A stretch of 64,000 bases of DNA from Macrostomum lignano (lineage: Eukaryota): contig NIVC01001857.1 of assembly GCA_002269645.1 (NCBI GenBank), forward strand, positions 111,664 to 175,663, given 5' to 3'. Shown in pieces: positions 1 to 15,114 of this stretch (positions are counted from its first letter, which is position 1; each line of letters begins with the position of its first letter). Made by a program: the position numbers and the translations under genes. The notes under the pieces are model-generated. The model was given only the letters and a program-made list of their open reading frames with translations. It had not been told where the DNA came from and searched no databases.

Positions 1-2088
1 GGTGCTGGCGCCCCTTGGTGCTGGCGCCCCTTGGTGCTGGCGCCCCTTGGTGCTGGCGCCCCTTGGTGCTGGCGCCCCTTGGTGCTGGCGCCCCTTGGTG
101 CTGGCGCCCCTTGGTGCTGGCGCCCCTTGGTGCTGGCGCCCCTTGGTGCTGGCGCCCCTTGGTGCTGGCGCCCCTTGGTGCTGGCGCCCCTTGGTGCTGG
201 CGCCCCTTGGTGCTGGCGCCCCTTGGTGCTGGCGCCCCTTGGTGCTGGCGCCCCTTGGTGCTGGCGCCCCTTGGTGCTGGCGCCCCTTGGTGCTGGCGCC
301 CCTTGGTGCTGGCGCCCCTTGGTGCTGGCGCCCCTTGGTGCTGGCGCCCCTTGGTGCTGGCGCCCCTTGGTGCTGGCGCCCCTTGGTGCTGGCGCCCCTT
401 GGTGCTGGCGCCCCTTGGTGCTGGCGCCCCTTGGTGCTGGCGCCCCTTGGTGCTGGCGCCCCTTGGTGCTGGCGCCCCTTGGTGCTGGCGCCCCTTGGTG
501 CTGGCGCCCCTTGGTGCTGGCGCCCCTTGGTGCTGGCGCCCCTTGGTGCTGGCGCCCCTTGGTGCTGGCGCCCCTTGATGCTAAAGCCCCTTGGTGCTGG
601 CGCCCCTTGGTGCTGGCGCCCCTTGGTGCTGGCGCCCCTTGGTGCTGGCGCCCCTTGGTGCTAAAGCCCCTTGGTGCTAAAGCCCCTTGGTGCTAAAGCC
701 CCTTGGTGCTGGCGCCCCTTGGTGCTGGCGCCCCTTGGTGCTAAAGCCCCTTGGTGCTGGCGCCCCTTGGTGCTAAAGCCCCTTGGTGCTGGCGCCCCTT
801 GGTGCTAAAGCCCCTTGGTGCTAAAGCCCCTTGGTGCTAAAGCCCCTTGGTGCTAAAGCCCCTTGGTGCTAAAGCCCCTTGGTGCTAAAGCCCCTTGGTG
901 CTGCCCCTTGGTGCTGGCGCCCCTTGGTGCTAAAGCCCCTTGGTGCTGGCGCCCCTTGGTGCTAAAGCCCCTTGGTGCTGGCGCCCCTTGGTGCTAAAGC
1001 CCCTTGGTGCTAAAGCCCCTTGGTGCTAAAGCCCCTTGGTGCTAAAGCCCCTTGGTGCTGGCGCCCCTTGGTGCTGGCGCCCCTTGGTGCTAAAGCCCCT
1101 TGGTGCTGGCGCCCCTTGGTGCTAAAGCCCCTTGGTGCTAAAGCCCCTTGGTGCTAAAGCCCCTTGGTGCTAAAGCCCCTTGGTGCTAAAGCCCCTTGGT
1201 GCTAAAGCCCCTTGGTGCTAAAGCCCCTTGGTGCTAAAGCCCCTTGGTGCTAAAGCCCCTTGGTGCTAAAGCCCCTTGGTGCTAAAGCCCCTTGGTGCTA
1301 AAGCCCCTTGGTGCTAAAGCCCCTTGGTGCTAAAGCCCCTTGGTGCTAAAGCCCCTTGGTGCTAAAGCCCCTTGGTGCTAAAGCCCCTTGGTGCTAAAGC
1401 CCCTTGGTGCTAAAGCCCCTTGGTGCTAAAGCCCCTTGGTGCTAAAGCCCCTTGGTGCTAAAGCCCCTTGGTGCTAAAGCCCCTTGGTGCTAAAGCCCCT
1501 TGGTGCTAAAGCCCCTTGGTGCTAAAGCCCCTTGGTGCTAAAGCCCCTTGGTGCTAAAGCCCCTTGGTGCTAAAGCCCCTTGGTGCTAAAGCCCCTTGGT
1601 GCTAAAGCCCCTTGGTGCTAAAGCCCCTTGGTGCTAAAGCCCCTTGGTGCTAAAGCCCCTTGGTGCTAAAGCCCCTTGGTGCTAAAGCCCCTTGGTGCTA
1701 AAGCCCCTTGGTGCTAAAGCCCCTTGGTGCTAAAGCCCCTTGGTGCTAAAGCCCCTTGGTGCTAAAGCCCCTTGGTGCTAAAGCCCCTTGGTGCTAAAGC
1801 CCCTTGGTGCTAAAGCCCCTTGGTGCTAAAGCCCCTTGGTGCTAAAGCCCCTTGGTGCTAAAGCCCCTTGGTGCTAAAGCCCCTTGGTGCTAAAGCCCCT
1901 TGGTGCTAAAGCCCCTTGGTGCTAAAGCCCCTTGGTGCTAAAGCCCCTTGGTGCTAAAGCCCCTTGGTGCTAAAGCCCCTTGGTGCTAAAGCCCCTTGGT
2001 GCTAAAGCCCCTTGGTGCTAAAGCCCCTTGGTGCTAAAGCCCCTTGGTGCTAAAGCCCCTTGGTGCTAAAGCCCCTTGGTGCTGGCGC
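1..2088. repeat. 16-bp satellite, ~130 copies: GGTGCTGGCGCCCCTT grading into GGTGCTAAAGCCCCTT
   Basis: Direct tandem periodicity. Pure GGCG variant to ~575, mixed to ~1120, pure AAAG variant to ~2075. Runs off the left edge. Confidence 0.98.
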
Positions 2089-3084
2089 CGGCTAAAAATC
2101 CTGGGTCATAACCGAGTCTAGTTTTAAAGTTTGTCTTTCAAGTTTTCAGAGTCTCAATCAAGAAAAACATACAGACATAAAATGTTCATTCCTTGACAGT
2201 AAAACTTATTGTTTCCCCAAAGAAGGAGCCTGTCGAGTAATGATTTTTTGATTCGCATCAGAAAATGCGACAAATGAGGAATAGTTCACTGTTCCAGATC
2301 CTGCTTCCAGGGTCTCCCTGGATGAGTCGAATAACCGCTGTTCCCGCCTAACACACACACACACTAGCTTGGCCAGCGCCTTGGGGATTCGACCTCTGGA
2401 CTGCATGGAAGCAATTCAATGTAGCGAGGTGGAGAATTGGACATTTTCATTTTCTCCCTTCACAGTCAGTATCCAATCCCCTTTTTCTTCCTATAGATTT
2501 TTATTATCCCTCGAGTCGTGAAATTCGCTGTTCAGGAAGCCATAATTAGCATGTTACACGAGTTGTTCCTTTAATGTTCGCAGAAAGTCATTATTTTCTC
2601 AGCCCCTCACCGTCTAATGGTCCAACTCATACCATACTGAAAGGTACTTAGCGGCCAGGGAGATAAGCTCGGCTTGGCCCAGGGTTAGTTTTATTTTCCT
2701 TGCATAATTAATGATTAACAGACTCTGTTGGCCAGTGTCTGGCCTGTGTGTGTGTGTGTGTGGGCACTGGGATCGGTGATAAGACTTAACTCAACCACGA
2801 GCTGTCGCAAATGCTGAGCCACTCTGTTCTGTCTTTTTTAATCTCTCCATTGACCGCACATTGCTGTTCGCTTCTTTACAGCAATGCACTGCCCCCTGTC
2901 TGCGCCTCTGCTGTCGCTTATCTCCGGGCCTGCTTGCCTGTTCTGGGCTGGATAGAGGGCGGTGGGGTGCATGCAGATATGTAGTGCTTAATAGTGACAG
3001 ATAGTTCACTTGGTAACTCATGAACTCAATTGACGAAAGCAGCTCACTCTTGAGCTCATTGACTCGGTGATTAACTCCTGAAAT

Positions 3085-4050
3085 CACTCCTGAACTCCTG
3101 AAATCACTTCTTAACTCATGAAATCACACCTGAACTCATGAAATCACACCTGAACTCATGAAATCACACCTGAACTCATGAAATCACACCTGAACTCATG
3201 AAATCACACCTGAACTCATGAAATCACACCTGAACTCATGAACTCACACCTGAACTCATGAACTCACACCTGAACTCATGAAATCACTTCTGAACTCATG
3301 AAATCACTCTTGAACTCATGAAATCACTTCTGAACTCATGAAATCACTTCTGAACTCCTGAAATCACTTCTGAACTCATAAAATAACACCTGAACTCCTG
3401 AAATCACTCCTAAACTCCTGAAACACTCCTAAACTCCTGAAATCACTCCTAAACTCCTGAAATCACTCCTGAACTCCTGAAATCACTCCTGAACTCCTGA
3501 AATCACTCCTGAACTCCTGAAATCACTCCTAAACTCCTGAAACACTCCTGAACTCCTGAAATTACTCCTAAACTCCTGAAATCACTCCTAAACTCCTGAA
3601 ATCACTCCTGAACTCCTGAAATCACTCCTAAACTCCTGAAATCACTCCTAAACTCCTGAAATCACTCCTGAACTCCTGAAATCACTCCTAAACTCCTGAA
3701 ATCACTTCTGAACTCCTGAAATCACTCCTGAACTCCTGAAATCACTCCTAAACTCCTGAAATCACTCCTGAACTCCTGAAATCACTTCTGAACTTACTAA
3801 TCAACTCGTGATTTCGCTCGTGATCTTAACTCACTCATGAACTCAATTTTGAACTCATGAACTCATTCATGAACTCACCCATAAACTCACTCTTAAACTC
3901 ACACGTAAAGTCACTCATGAAGTCACTCATGAAGTCACTCATAAACTCACTCATAAACTCACTCTTAAACTCACACGTAAACTCACTCATGAAGTCACTC
4001 GAGAACTCGCTTATAAACGCATTCGTGATCTCAGGGACAAAGCTCATGAA
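3085..4050. repeat. 20-bp minisatellite (TGAACTCATGAAATCACACC / TGAACTCCTGAAATCACTCC) followed by a degenerate ~12-bp ACTCACTCATGA tract
   Basis: Tandem copies visible 3095-3790; degenerate copies to ~4050. Confidence 0.93.
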
Positions 4051-4589
4051 CTCATTGACTAGATAATTTGTCAGTAGTCACTAGTTAGTCTTCCATGTAA
4101 AAGAATAGAAGCTGTTTACCAAGTTACCAAATAAATTAGATAAACAAAGCTAATGACCTGTCAGTTGATTACATTTCAGAGGGCCAAGTTCTAAACTTCA
4201 GTTTTATATTAGCAAATAGCCAGTCACATCAGGCTGTCAGATCTAATTAAAAATCTTTTTGAAGTTCACCGCCAAATTTACAGAATTTCTGTTTCATTTC
4301 GCTGCAAACCCCAACACATTCATTCGAGTTTGTGTACAGTGCAAGGCAGTCAGTGTTGTAGCGTTCCCGTTATTGGTGACCAAATGTCAATGCAGTATCG
4401 AAATCAAAATATTTTATACTAAAACAACTTCCTTTGCACATAGATGGCAAGGCATCTTTGTTTTAAAAAAAACATGTAGCAATTATTCCCTTCATAATCA
4501 TAACACCTCAAATTCTTTCTGCAAGCTTTTCGAACATTCCATATTGTGTTTACAAATATTAGAATTAGACTTAGAGATATTGTTACTCG

Positions 4590-5900
4590 TAATCTATCTA
4601 CCTACTTTTCTACAATCTATCTACCTACTTTTCTACTATCTATCTACCTACTTTTCTACAATCTATCTACCTACTTTTCTACAATCTATCTACCTACTTT
4701 TCTACAATCTATCTACCTACTTCTCTACAATCTATCTACCTACTTTTCTACAATCTATCTACCTACTTCTCTACAATCTATCTACCTACTTATCTGCAAT
4801 CTATCTAACTACTTCTCTTCAATCTATCTACCTACTTCTACCTGCAGCTGACTACTTATCTACAATCTATCTGACTAATTAACTACAATCTATCTACCTA
4901 CTTTGCTACAATTTAACTACCTACTTCTCTACAATTTAACTACCTACTTCTCTGAAATCTAACTACCTACTTCTCTACAAGCTAACTGCCTACTTCTCTA
5001 CAATCTATCTGACTACTTATCTACAATCTAACTGCCTACTTCTCTACAATCTAACTGGCTACTTCTCTACAATCTAACTGACTACTTATCTACAATCTAT
5101 CTGACTACTTATCTACAATCTATCTGACTACTTATCTACAATCTATCTGACTACTTATCTACAATCTATCTGACTACTTAACTACGATCTATCTACCTAT
5201 TTCGCTACAATTTAACTACCTACTTCTCTACAATCTATGTACCTACTTTTTTACATTCTATCTACCCATTTGTCTACAATCTATCTACCTCCTTTTCTAC
5301 AATCTATCTACCTACTTATCTGCAATCTATTGAACTACTTCTCTTCAATCTAACTACCTACTTCTCTGCACTCTATCTAGCTACTTCTCTACAATCGATC
5401 AACTTATTTCTCTACAATCTATCTACCTACTTCTCTACAATCTATCTGACTACTTATCTACAATCTATCTGACTACTTAACTACAATCTATCTACCTACT
5501 TCACTACAATTTAACTACCTACTTCTCTACAATCTATCTACCCATTTGTCTACAATCTATCTCCCTACTTCTCTACAATCTATCTACCTACTTCTCTACA
5601 ATCTAACCAATCTACCTACTTCTTTACAATCTATCTACCTAATTCTCTACAATCTAACCAATCTACCTACTTCTCTACAATCCATCTACCTAATTCTCTA
5701 CAATCTAACCAATCTACCTACTTCTTTACAATCTATCTACCTAATTCTCTACAATCTAACCAATCTACCTACTTCTCTACAATCCATCTACCTAATTCTC
5801 TACAATCTAACCAATCTACCTACTTCTTTACAATCTATCTACCTAATTCTCTACAATCTAACCAATCTACCTACTTCTCTAAAATCTATCTACCTACTCC
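4590..5900. repeat. ~24-bp minisatellite CTACAATCTATCTACCTACTTCTC with a 51-bp higher-order unit at ~5583-5890
   Basis: Tandem copies; the ORF-track repeat LQSIYLILYNLTNLPTS (17 aa) reflects the 51-bp unit. Confidence 0.93.
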
Positions 5901-6049
5901 CCCCAATCCTATGCATGTGCAGTAGCAAATTCAAGCTGCAACAGTCAACACACTGATGCTTCACAGCATTAGTTTATCAATCTACTATTACACTTGGCGT
6001 TGCATAAACAACAGTTTCGATACAAGTTAACACAGCCCCCTCTAAAACC

Positions 6050-6169
6050 CCTTAGCTCGTATCCGCTGTGTTTGTTTGCTCTTTTACACCGTTTTATCGG
6101 CGCCTTTTTCGGCATGGCGGCGACTGAACTTCAACAAATCGGTCTGGCTGGATTGTTGTTTTCGTAAGT
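6050..6169 (+). other. Candidate upstream (5' UTR) exon ending at a consensus splice donor TTC|GTAAGT (6163|6164)
   Basis: Non-repetitive CpG-rich stretch ending in a perfect GTAAGT. The nearest downstream gene on + is the LRR receptor, with acceptors at 11482 and 11500. No transcript evidence. Confidence 0.3.
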
Positions 6170-7439
6170 AAATGCTTTTCTTTCCTAAAAAAGAGTCTTA
6201 AAAACGGGTTTTACTCTCGCACTAAGTCGACCCCTGTTTTTCCTTTACTTGACTGGCCAATAGGACTGGCTGGCTGGCTCTGCTTGGTCTTGAGCGATTC
6301 TATAGGCTACTGGGCTGGGGGATTGGTGGTTGAGGAGGGGTGGGTGTCTGGGGGGGGGGTTGATGCTTTTAAAATCAGCTTCAAGATCCCCAACTCCACA
6401 GACCGCTATAGATAAAAGTCAAGAGAGACCGGAACAAGCACTGGGGCTTTAGTTGGCAGGTTGTTGTCCTCTCAGTGTTTTCGTAATTAGTCAATTGAGC
6501 GAAACAAACAATGTTGACGTCATTGACCAGTTAAGGCCGAGTAATTAACAGACAAACAGCTTGTTTTGGTAAGTTATTATTGATATGTGCATATAATATA
6601 TTTAATTATCTTATTTTCTTGGAAAGTCTGGAATAGAAAATGCTTGAAATTCTCTGCTACACGTGTCAGTCAAATGTGGGTTTTTCGATTGATTCCTATT
6701 ATAAAAAGTCAATATTTCTTGCTACTGATTGAGTTCCCAAATCTTTAAGAAGGGGGCTCTTCAACTAATCCAGAGTCGCTAAATCCTAAGTCCTATTCAA
6801 TAAACTCTCTTCAGAGAAGGGGAGTTAGGAAATCTAAAAAAATGGACTTTTAGAAGTCTTCTCAGTCAAACGTGTCAATCATTCGCCACTTCATTCGCCT
6901 CAGATTCCAATTACTGAGAGTCAAATGTTTAAATATTGGTATACTTAGAAGGCTTAAATGTGACTTAAAAGTTACAAGTTAGCCGTTTCTATTCTCTATA
7001 AGTAAAATGACATATGATGCCTGTATCTGTCTGTCTAGCTTTCAAAAAGCATTTCCATAGTGCACATCATAATTTATTGTAAGGCCCACCCACCAAGCAG
7101 AACTAAGGGATAATATAAGACATATGCTAGGTATGGATCGAGCCGTTCTGACAGCGCTGCAGGGGGTTATAAAATCTCAATCTGCATAACATGAGGAAAC
7201 TGGGAAACGATGGAGACTGTAAAGGGGGAGTTGAATTGAATATCGGGAAGCAATAAAAAGCATGGATACTATTAGACTCGAAGCGAGGCCCACAGCTCGT
7301 AAATTGAAAGATAGCTGCTTGGCGGAGAGAGAATGTTGCGTTTGACTTTGAAGCTGTTGCAACCATTCGATTATTAACCTACATTGACGCAAGGCTAACA
7401 CTGACAAGATAGAAAGATTCTGTTTTTATCTAGCATAGT

Positions 7440-7950
7440 GATATAGGGCGATTCTTTTAAGGTGAATCTCTATAGGGCGATTCTTTTGGGGCGATTCTCA
7501 AGAGCGATTCTATAGGGGCGATTCTTTAGAGCGATTCTCTATGGGCGATTCTTTTAGGGCTAATCTCTAGGGGCGATTCTTTTAGGGCTAATCTCTAGGG
7601 GCGATTCTTTTGGGGCTAATCTCTAGGGGCGATTCTCTAGGAGCAATTCTCTAGAGCGATTCTTTACAGCGATTCTCTATTGGCGATTCTCTTGGGGCGA
7701 TGATTCTTTTGATGCGATTCTCTAGAGCGATTCTATATGAACAATTCTCTAGGGCAATTCTCTAGGGGCGATTCTCTCGAGGCGATTCTCTAGAACGATT
7801 CTCTAGGGCGATTCTTTTAAGGCGATTCTTTTGGGGCGTATCTCTAGGGGCCAATATCTTTGAGTAGATCTCTAAGCGCGATTCTTTAGTTCGATTTTCT
7901 AGGGCGATTCTGTAAGTCTAGGGTGATTCTCTTGGAACGATTCTCTAATC
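7440..7950. repeat. Degenerate minisatellite with core GGGCGATTCT
   Basis: About 30 recurrences of (G)GGCGATTCT with variable spacing. Confidence 0.88.
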
Positions 7951-8407
7951 TCGAACGAAGACAGAGCAGCTACTCCGGAAGTCCAGAGACTTTGGGCTGG
8001 GCTTGTGTTCCATTTTCAACTTGCCAATTGGTCATTTCCGCTGGGCAATTCGGGTATTGCACCTTGAGCTCAACTACTTTTCTATTCAATTTTCTCACCA
8101 GCAGAGAGAGCCACAGAAACTAAAGGTCTATCCAGTTTAATATAATACTCGTATTAGCATTTTTAGGAACCCTGACTTCCCGTTGAGAGAAACTTAAAAC
8201 ACTACAGCATACAGGAATAGAAGAGAATTGGTGTTGCTACCCAAGTACCGGAATTTAATTTCGACTTCAAATGAAAGGGCCGCGGCTTAAGGTGACTTTG
8301 TAGGTGATTGCGCTGTGTTGCGTGCATAATTAATTCGATTATGCAGAGTTAAAAGTACAACTTGTACCCAAAATCCTGTAGAAACTTATTTTATTTATTG
8401 CATTAGT

Positions 8408-10207
<1,800 letters not shown>

Positions 10208-11184
10208 TAGCAAGCTAGGCTTCTGAGTCCAATCGGCAGCCGGAGAATCCCCAGCACTGCTCATGCCAGGCGAATTTCTCCTATTCAAAGCTGGCTCGGC
10301 ATTAGCAAATGAGGCCGAGACCGAGGGGGGGGGGGGCTATACAAAGGGAGTTCACCTTGAGGCCGAAATCCCACGCTATTCGAATCCACACGATAGTCGC
10401 GCCGTAAAATTCCCGTTCTATTTCTCATCCCCATATAGTTCCCATCTGCGCCCCGCCCCACCCCCCACCTGCGCATCCCCACAGAAGAAAATCCCAAACA
10501 GATCCCATGCATGCCACGGCTGATCACCGTGAAATCCCAATTTTCATCGCCAAGCGGACAGATAAGGCGGCCGAGCATCTGGTTTGGCTATATGGGATCA
10601 GATCCCCTTACCTATAGCTACAGATCCTACTTTTCTACCCCCTTTTTCGGCTTTGCTTGACCCTGCCCCAAGTATACAATTTGAACTCAGCTGGTTTGTG
10701 CAGGGCTCTGATGGCTTTTAGATACAGACTGTGCATTCTTACACTATCGAAGTCGGAACCGAGATCCCAAACACGCAGACGCTGTCCCCCCAATGTCGTA
10801 AATTTTGATAATAAATTTTCTATTTTACGACCCCCGCTGCACTGCCACTGCACTGAGAGGACCTGTTTTCCTGTGTTGTGTTTCATAATCATATTGAGGA
10901 TTAGAGTGGCTGGATTTTACATTTATATATATGGATATTAGGAGTCAGCTAGCAGCTTAAATTCTGAATTGCTCCACTTGATATTGATAAGAGCATTGTG
11001 TATACATTTTTCTGTATATAAAAGAGGATATGCTATTCTGTTTGAATTTTGAATCGATGGGTTAGTTGATCCAGCATTCCGGAATTTTTCATTCTTTTTT
11101 TAGTTTTCTTTAGTCCATCATTACTCGGCCTCTCCTGACTTTTTTCTGGGGAGGTCAACTGACTCCCTAAGCGACCACCTTAGG

Positions 11185-11395
11185 GAGCCCCCTAAGCGCT
11201 AGCTGACAATCTGCTAAGCACCCGACGGAGCCCCCTTAAGCGCTAACTGGCATTGTGCTAAGCGCTCGACGGAGCCCCCTAAGCGCTAGCTGACAATCTG
11301 CTAAGCACCCGACGGAGCCCTCTAAACGCTAACTGGCAATCTGCTAAGCACCCAATGGAGCCCCCTAAGCGCTAACTGGCACCATGTGCTTACAA
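11185..11395. repeat. ~43-bp tandem repeat, ~5 copies (GAGCCCCCTAAGCGCTAGCTGACAATCTGCTAAGCACCCGACG)
   Basis: Aligned copies about 110 bp upstream of the LRR gene start. Confidence 0.88.
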
Positions 11396-11502
11396 TGGCA
11401 CCCACTAAGCGCCCACAAAGAATGCTACGCAATCAGAATTGGATTGACTGTAATGCACATCCAACCATTTAATCCTACACAGGATTCAACTCGCTCTCAG
11501 CC

Positions 11503-13600
11503 ATGTCCATCAGTTCCCTGTTCGCCCTACTGCTATGCGCCTCGCTTCTGCCATCGCCAAGCGTCCAGCTGACCAACTGCGGCTACTGCATCTGCGATTG
11601 GCCCAGCATTACCTGCGACTTCCACAAGGTGAAAGACCAACTCCACGGCAGCAAGAACCTGGCCGAATTTGCGCCAAACAGTGGAATCCTCAGGGAATTG
11701 GATGTCGACCCGCTGGATTACCGAGAGCTGTACATTAATTGTAGGAATTCTCCAAAAATTAACAATCAGCGATTAACTCGCAGCCTTCTTAAAGGCTACT
11801 CGAATCTGACTCGGGTGGGGTTGGTCAACTGCGGCCTCATCGGCATCGAGCCGGACGCACTGGCCGACCTCCCGCAGATTCGCGAACTCGACCTTAGCAA
11901 CAACAGGCTGGAACGCCTGCCTGCGGCGCTGTTTCGCAACCGGGAAATGGCGGTGCTCACGCTTAGCGAGAATCCTCGACTAACGTTGACTGCAGAGACA
12001 TTTCTCAATTTCTCATTGGAACGTCTGGTGTTGTCGAAGTGCGGCCTGCAGGAGTTTCCCTGGGACAGCTTGCAGGTTATTCGAAACCTGCACGAGCTGA
12101 CGCTGTCGCAGAATTCTATCCAGGTGGTGCCGAGCGAAGCTATTCAGCTGGTGCGGCGTCTCCGGGTGTTCTACTTGGACGAGAATCCTTTGTCGTGCTT
12201 CTGCACTAATAAATGGATCAGCGAGAGCATCGATTGGAACAGAGTATCGCCACAAATCATTAAGGCAAGTCTATATTTTTCAGCAAGAGGCTCACACTGT
12301 AACAGTGCCTGATTGGCTGCTATTTTTAGCATCAAGTGCCCTATACACTGTACAATGGGCTATTGGCTGCTATTTTTAGCATCAAATAGCTCACGAACTG
12401 TACAGTAATTGATTGGCTAAAATTTATTGCCTTTTTTAGGCACTAACACCTGTTTTTACAGTCCAAATTAATTGGCGGTATAATTGGCGCTTATAACAAT
12501 AACAAATAACTGAGAAAAAAATAATTCAAACCCAATTTTTCTAAAACTTACAGTCGAGCAAGCTACCAAAGTGCGGCAGCCCTCCAACTCTACACGATGT
12601 CGAGCTAACTCGCCTATCGCCCAGCGACTTTCCCTGTCAGGCGCCGGAGATTCGCTCAGTCGACATCCGCCTGGAGCCGGACTCTGCTCAGCTGATCTGC
12701 TCAGCGTCCACTCACCAGTCTGGGCCGCTGGTTTGGACCTACCGTCACCTGGCAATCTACCCAGAGCTGCCCAACGCTTATCCAAGTCGCACCTATCAGA
12801 GCAGCGGCGCCACCTTCCGTCAGTCTGTTCATCGAACGCCGGGCTACGAGCGCGAGAAGTACACCCTGACAGCGCGTAGCGAAGACGGCCAGTTGACCAA
12901 TTTCTCTCTGACGCTGCACTGGCCGCCGGCTGTCGAGTCCGAGGGCGCCGCCTCGGAATCAAAGACTGGGTCAGGAGGCACCGATGATTCGGATTCCTCG
13001 TCGACATCGACCAGGCCGAAACTGCCGACGGAGCCGCAGAAACCGATAAGCGGTGACGGTGGCGTCGGCGGCGATTATTTTTCCCGAAAGCAGTTCACCC
13101 TGATCGAGATGATAATCGCAGTGGTTGGCACCTTCATGGCTACCAGCTTGGTCTTCCTGCTGGCTTGCCAGGCGATCCAGTGGTACAACAAGCGCGACAA
13201 AAAGCGCTGGGCCGCTGGCTACGCCGGGCCGCCCTATTCATACAGCTACAACTCGCACAGGCCGCCGTCGCACGAGTACGACGTGCCCCGAATCGACCAG
13301 CCCTGTCTGCTGCCGAAACAGCCGCCGCCGCCGACTCAGCCACCGCCTCCGCCGCCTCAGCACACGCTGCCAATGCCGCCGCATAATATGCCGACAGGCG
13401 CCGGCGTGTCGCTGTCTTCAACATCTTCGGGTTCGGGCGCGAGCGCCGCAGTGCAGACTTTGCTGTCCAAACACCAACAGCATCACAAGCAACAGCAGCA
13501 GCAACACCTGCCAATAACAACGTCTTCATCATCGAATGGAATGGGCGAGACCGAGTTCCTGGACTATACCGGTCACCGGATTGTCTTCAACCACACCTAA
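11503..13600 (+). CDS. Leucine-rich repeat and Ig-like domain single-pass membrane protein (LIG-type, no kinase), ~602 aa; join(11503..12264,12554..13600)
   Basis: Signal peptide MSISSLFALLLCASLL, Cys N-cap (CGYCICDWPSITC) and LRRs (LRELDLSNNRLERLP, LHELTLSQNSIQVVP). The LRRCT is completed across the splice: NPLSCFCTNKW..IIK|SSKLPKCGSPPTLHDVELTRLSPSDFPC. Then an Ig-like segment (AQLICSAS..LVW..YTLTARS), Ser/Thr stalk, TM (IIAVVGTFMATSLVFLLAC) and Pro/Gln-rich tail. Exon 2 is open and in frame with the 12893-13600 ORF. Confidence 0.9.
12265..12553 (+). other. Probable GC-AG intron (289 bp), donor AAG|GCAAGT, acceptor CTTACAG|
   Basis: Phase-0 join restores the LRRCT. A weaker in-phase GT donor (AGA|GTATCG, 12244) is the alternative. 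Confidence 0.65.
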
Positions 13601-14034
13601 ACTTGCGTTGAAACTGAAAAAAGCTCTGTGTACAGTGTTACTTGATCCGGCGTCTTTAGAAAGCATTTAAAATAGCGAAGCTGATCGAGATTTCGAGTCC
13701 ACGTGAGACTATTGATTACGACTTTGAAAATAATTCAATTGATAAATAACGGTCTGGGTATGTCACTGACCTCTCTTGTCAGTAAATTTTGACTCTGCGC
13801 TAAGAGATTGATTATGGTACAGCGTACAGTGTACAGCAAAATATTTTAGTAGCATAGAGTAAATTGCGAAACTTTAAATCTTGCCTTTTCCATTTACTTT
13901 GTCTGCTTGCACTTTTTTGCTAACTATTAGGTTTCGATTTTGTTTATTTGTTTATTTGTGCTCATTTTCTTAGCGTAGTACAACTACGGTTTTAGTATCC
14001 TGCTAACACTCAGCTCTTCAATAGCTATAAATTT

Positions 14035-14545
14035 TAGTATATTGGACTAGCACCCAGCCCTCAATAGGTGTGCAGTATAAGAATATAATGGTTTTAGCAC
14101 ATTGGACTAGCACCCGGCCCTCAATAGGTGTGCAGTATAAGACTATGAGGGTTTTCGTATATTGGACTAGCACCCAGCCCTCAATAGGTGTGCAGTATAA
14201 GAATATAATGGTTTTAGCACATTGGACTAGCACCCGGCCCTCAATAGGTGTGCAGTATAAGACTATGAGGGTTTTAGTATATTGGACTAGCACCCGGCCC
14301 TCAATAGGTGTGCAGTATAAGAATATAATGGTTTTAGCACATTGGACTAGCACCCGGCCCTCAATAGGTGTGCAATATAAGAATATAATGGTTTTAGCAC
14401 ATTGGACTAGCACCCGGCCCTCAATAGGTGTGCAATATAAGAATATAATTGTTTTAGCACATTGGACTAGCACCCGGCCCTCAATAGGTGTGCAGTATAA
14501 GACTGTGAGGGTTTTAGTATATTGGACTAGCACCCGGCCCTCAGT
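14035..14545. repeat. 60-bp minisatellite, ~8.5 copies, two interspersed variants
   Basis: ATTGGACTAGCACCCGGCCCTCAATAGGTGTGCAGTATAAG followed by AATATAATGGTTTTAGCAC or ACTATGAGGGTTTTAGTAT. Confidence 0.96.
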
Positions 14546-15114
14546 AGGTCCCGTGCGCATACACTGTTTGCGCCACTTGCATAGCATATCGATCTTGCTC
14601 CCTAGCACCGCAGCTCCCTTAAGTCGATATAATTAACTATTTTTAGTTTTCCTTTTTCTTGTTTCCTCTCCACTTATTTCTTGAGAACAACAAGTCCGAT
14701 AAGTGCGTGATCTCGCTTGGCTAAGTTGAGTTGCTTTGCCAGCTCCTTCGAGCAGCTTGAGCAGTGAGCTTGCCGGTGTATCTGGATGTCTATGCAATAT
14801 ACAAGTACTGCCAATATGCCATTGCTATTGCCACAGTTATAAATTTAAAAATGCATTCACCTTAATTCTACGAGTACTCTATAGCTGTTTGAGCGTTTCA
14901 CTGAGTGAATTATATATAATTTTTCTATGCAATACATCTACTCATAAATATAAAGCTGATAAAGTGAAACTCTTGCATATGCAGAAATACGAGTATAGAC
15001 TCTGATTCCATTTTTTCCGTGAAGAATGGCTTCTCTGATTGCAAAACTGAGGTTTGGAGTCATCGCGGTCTTCATCAGCTATTTTTATACCGTGAGCGCA
15101 TCCGTGATCCCCCT

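Noticed and set aside
14035-14545. CRISPR-like look of the 60-bp array (constant part plus variable part)
   Set aside because: The variable parts are only two recurring variants, not unique spacers. There are no cas genes and the context is eukaryotic.
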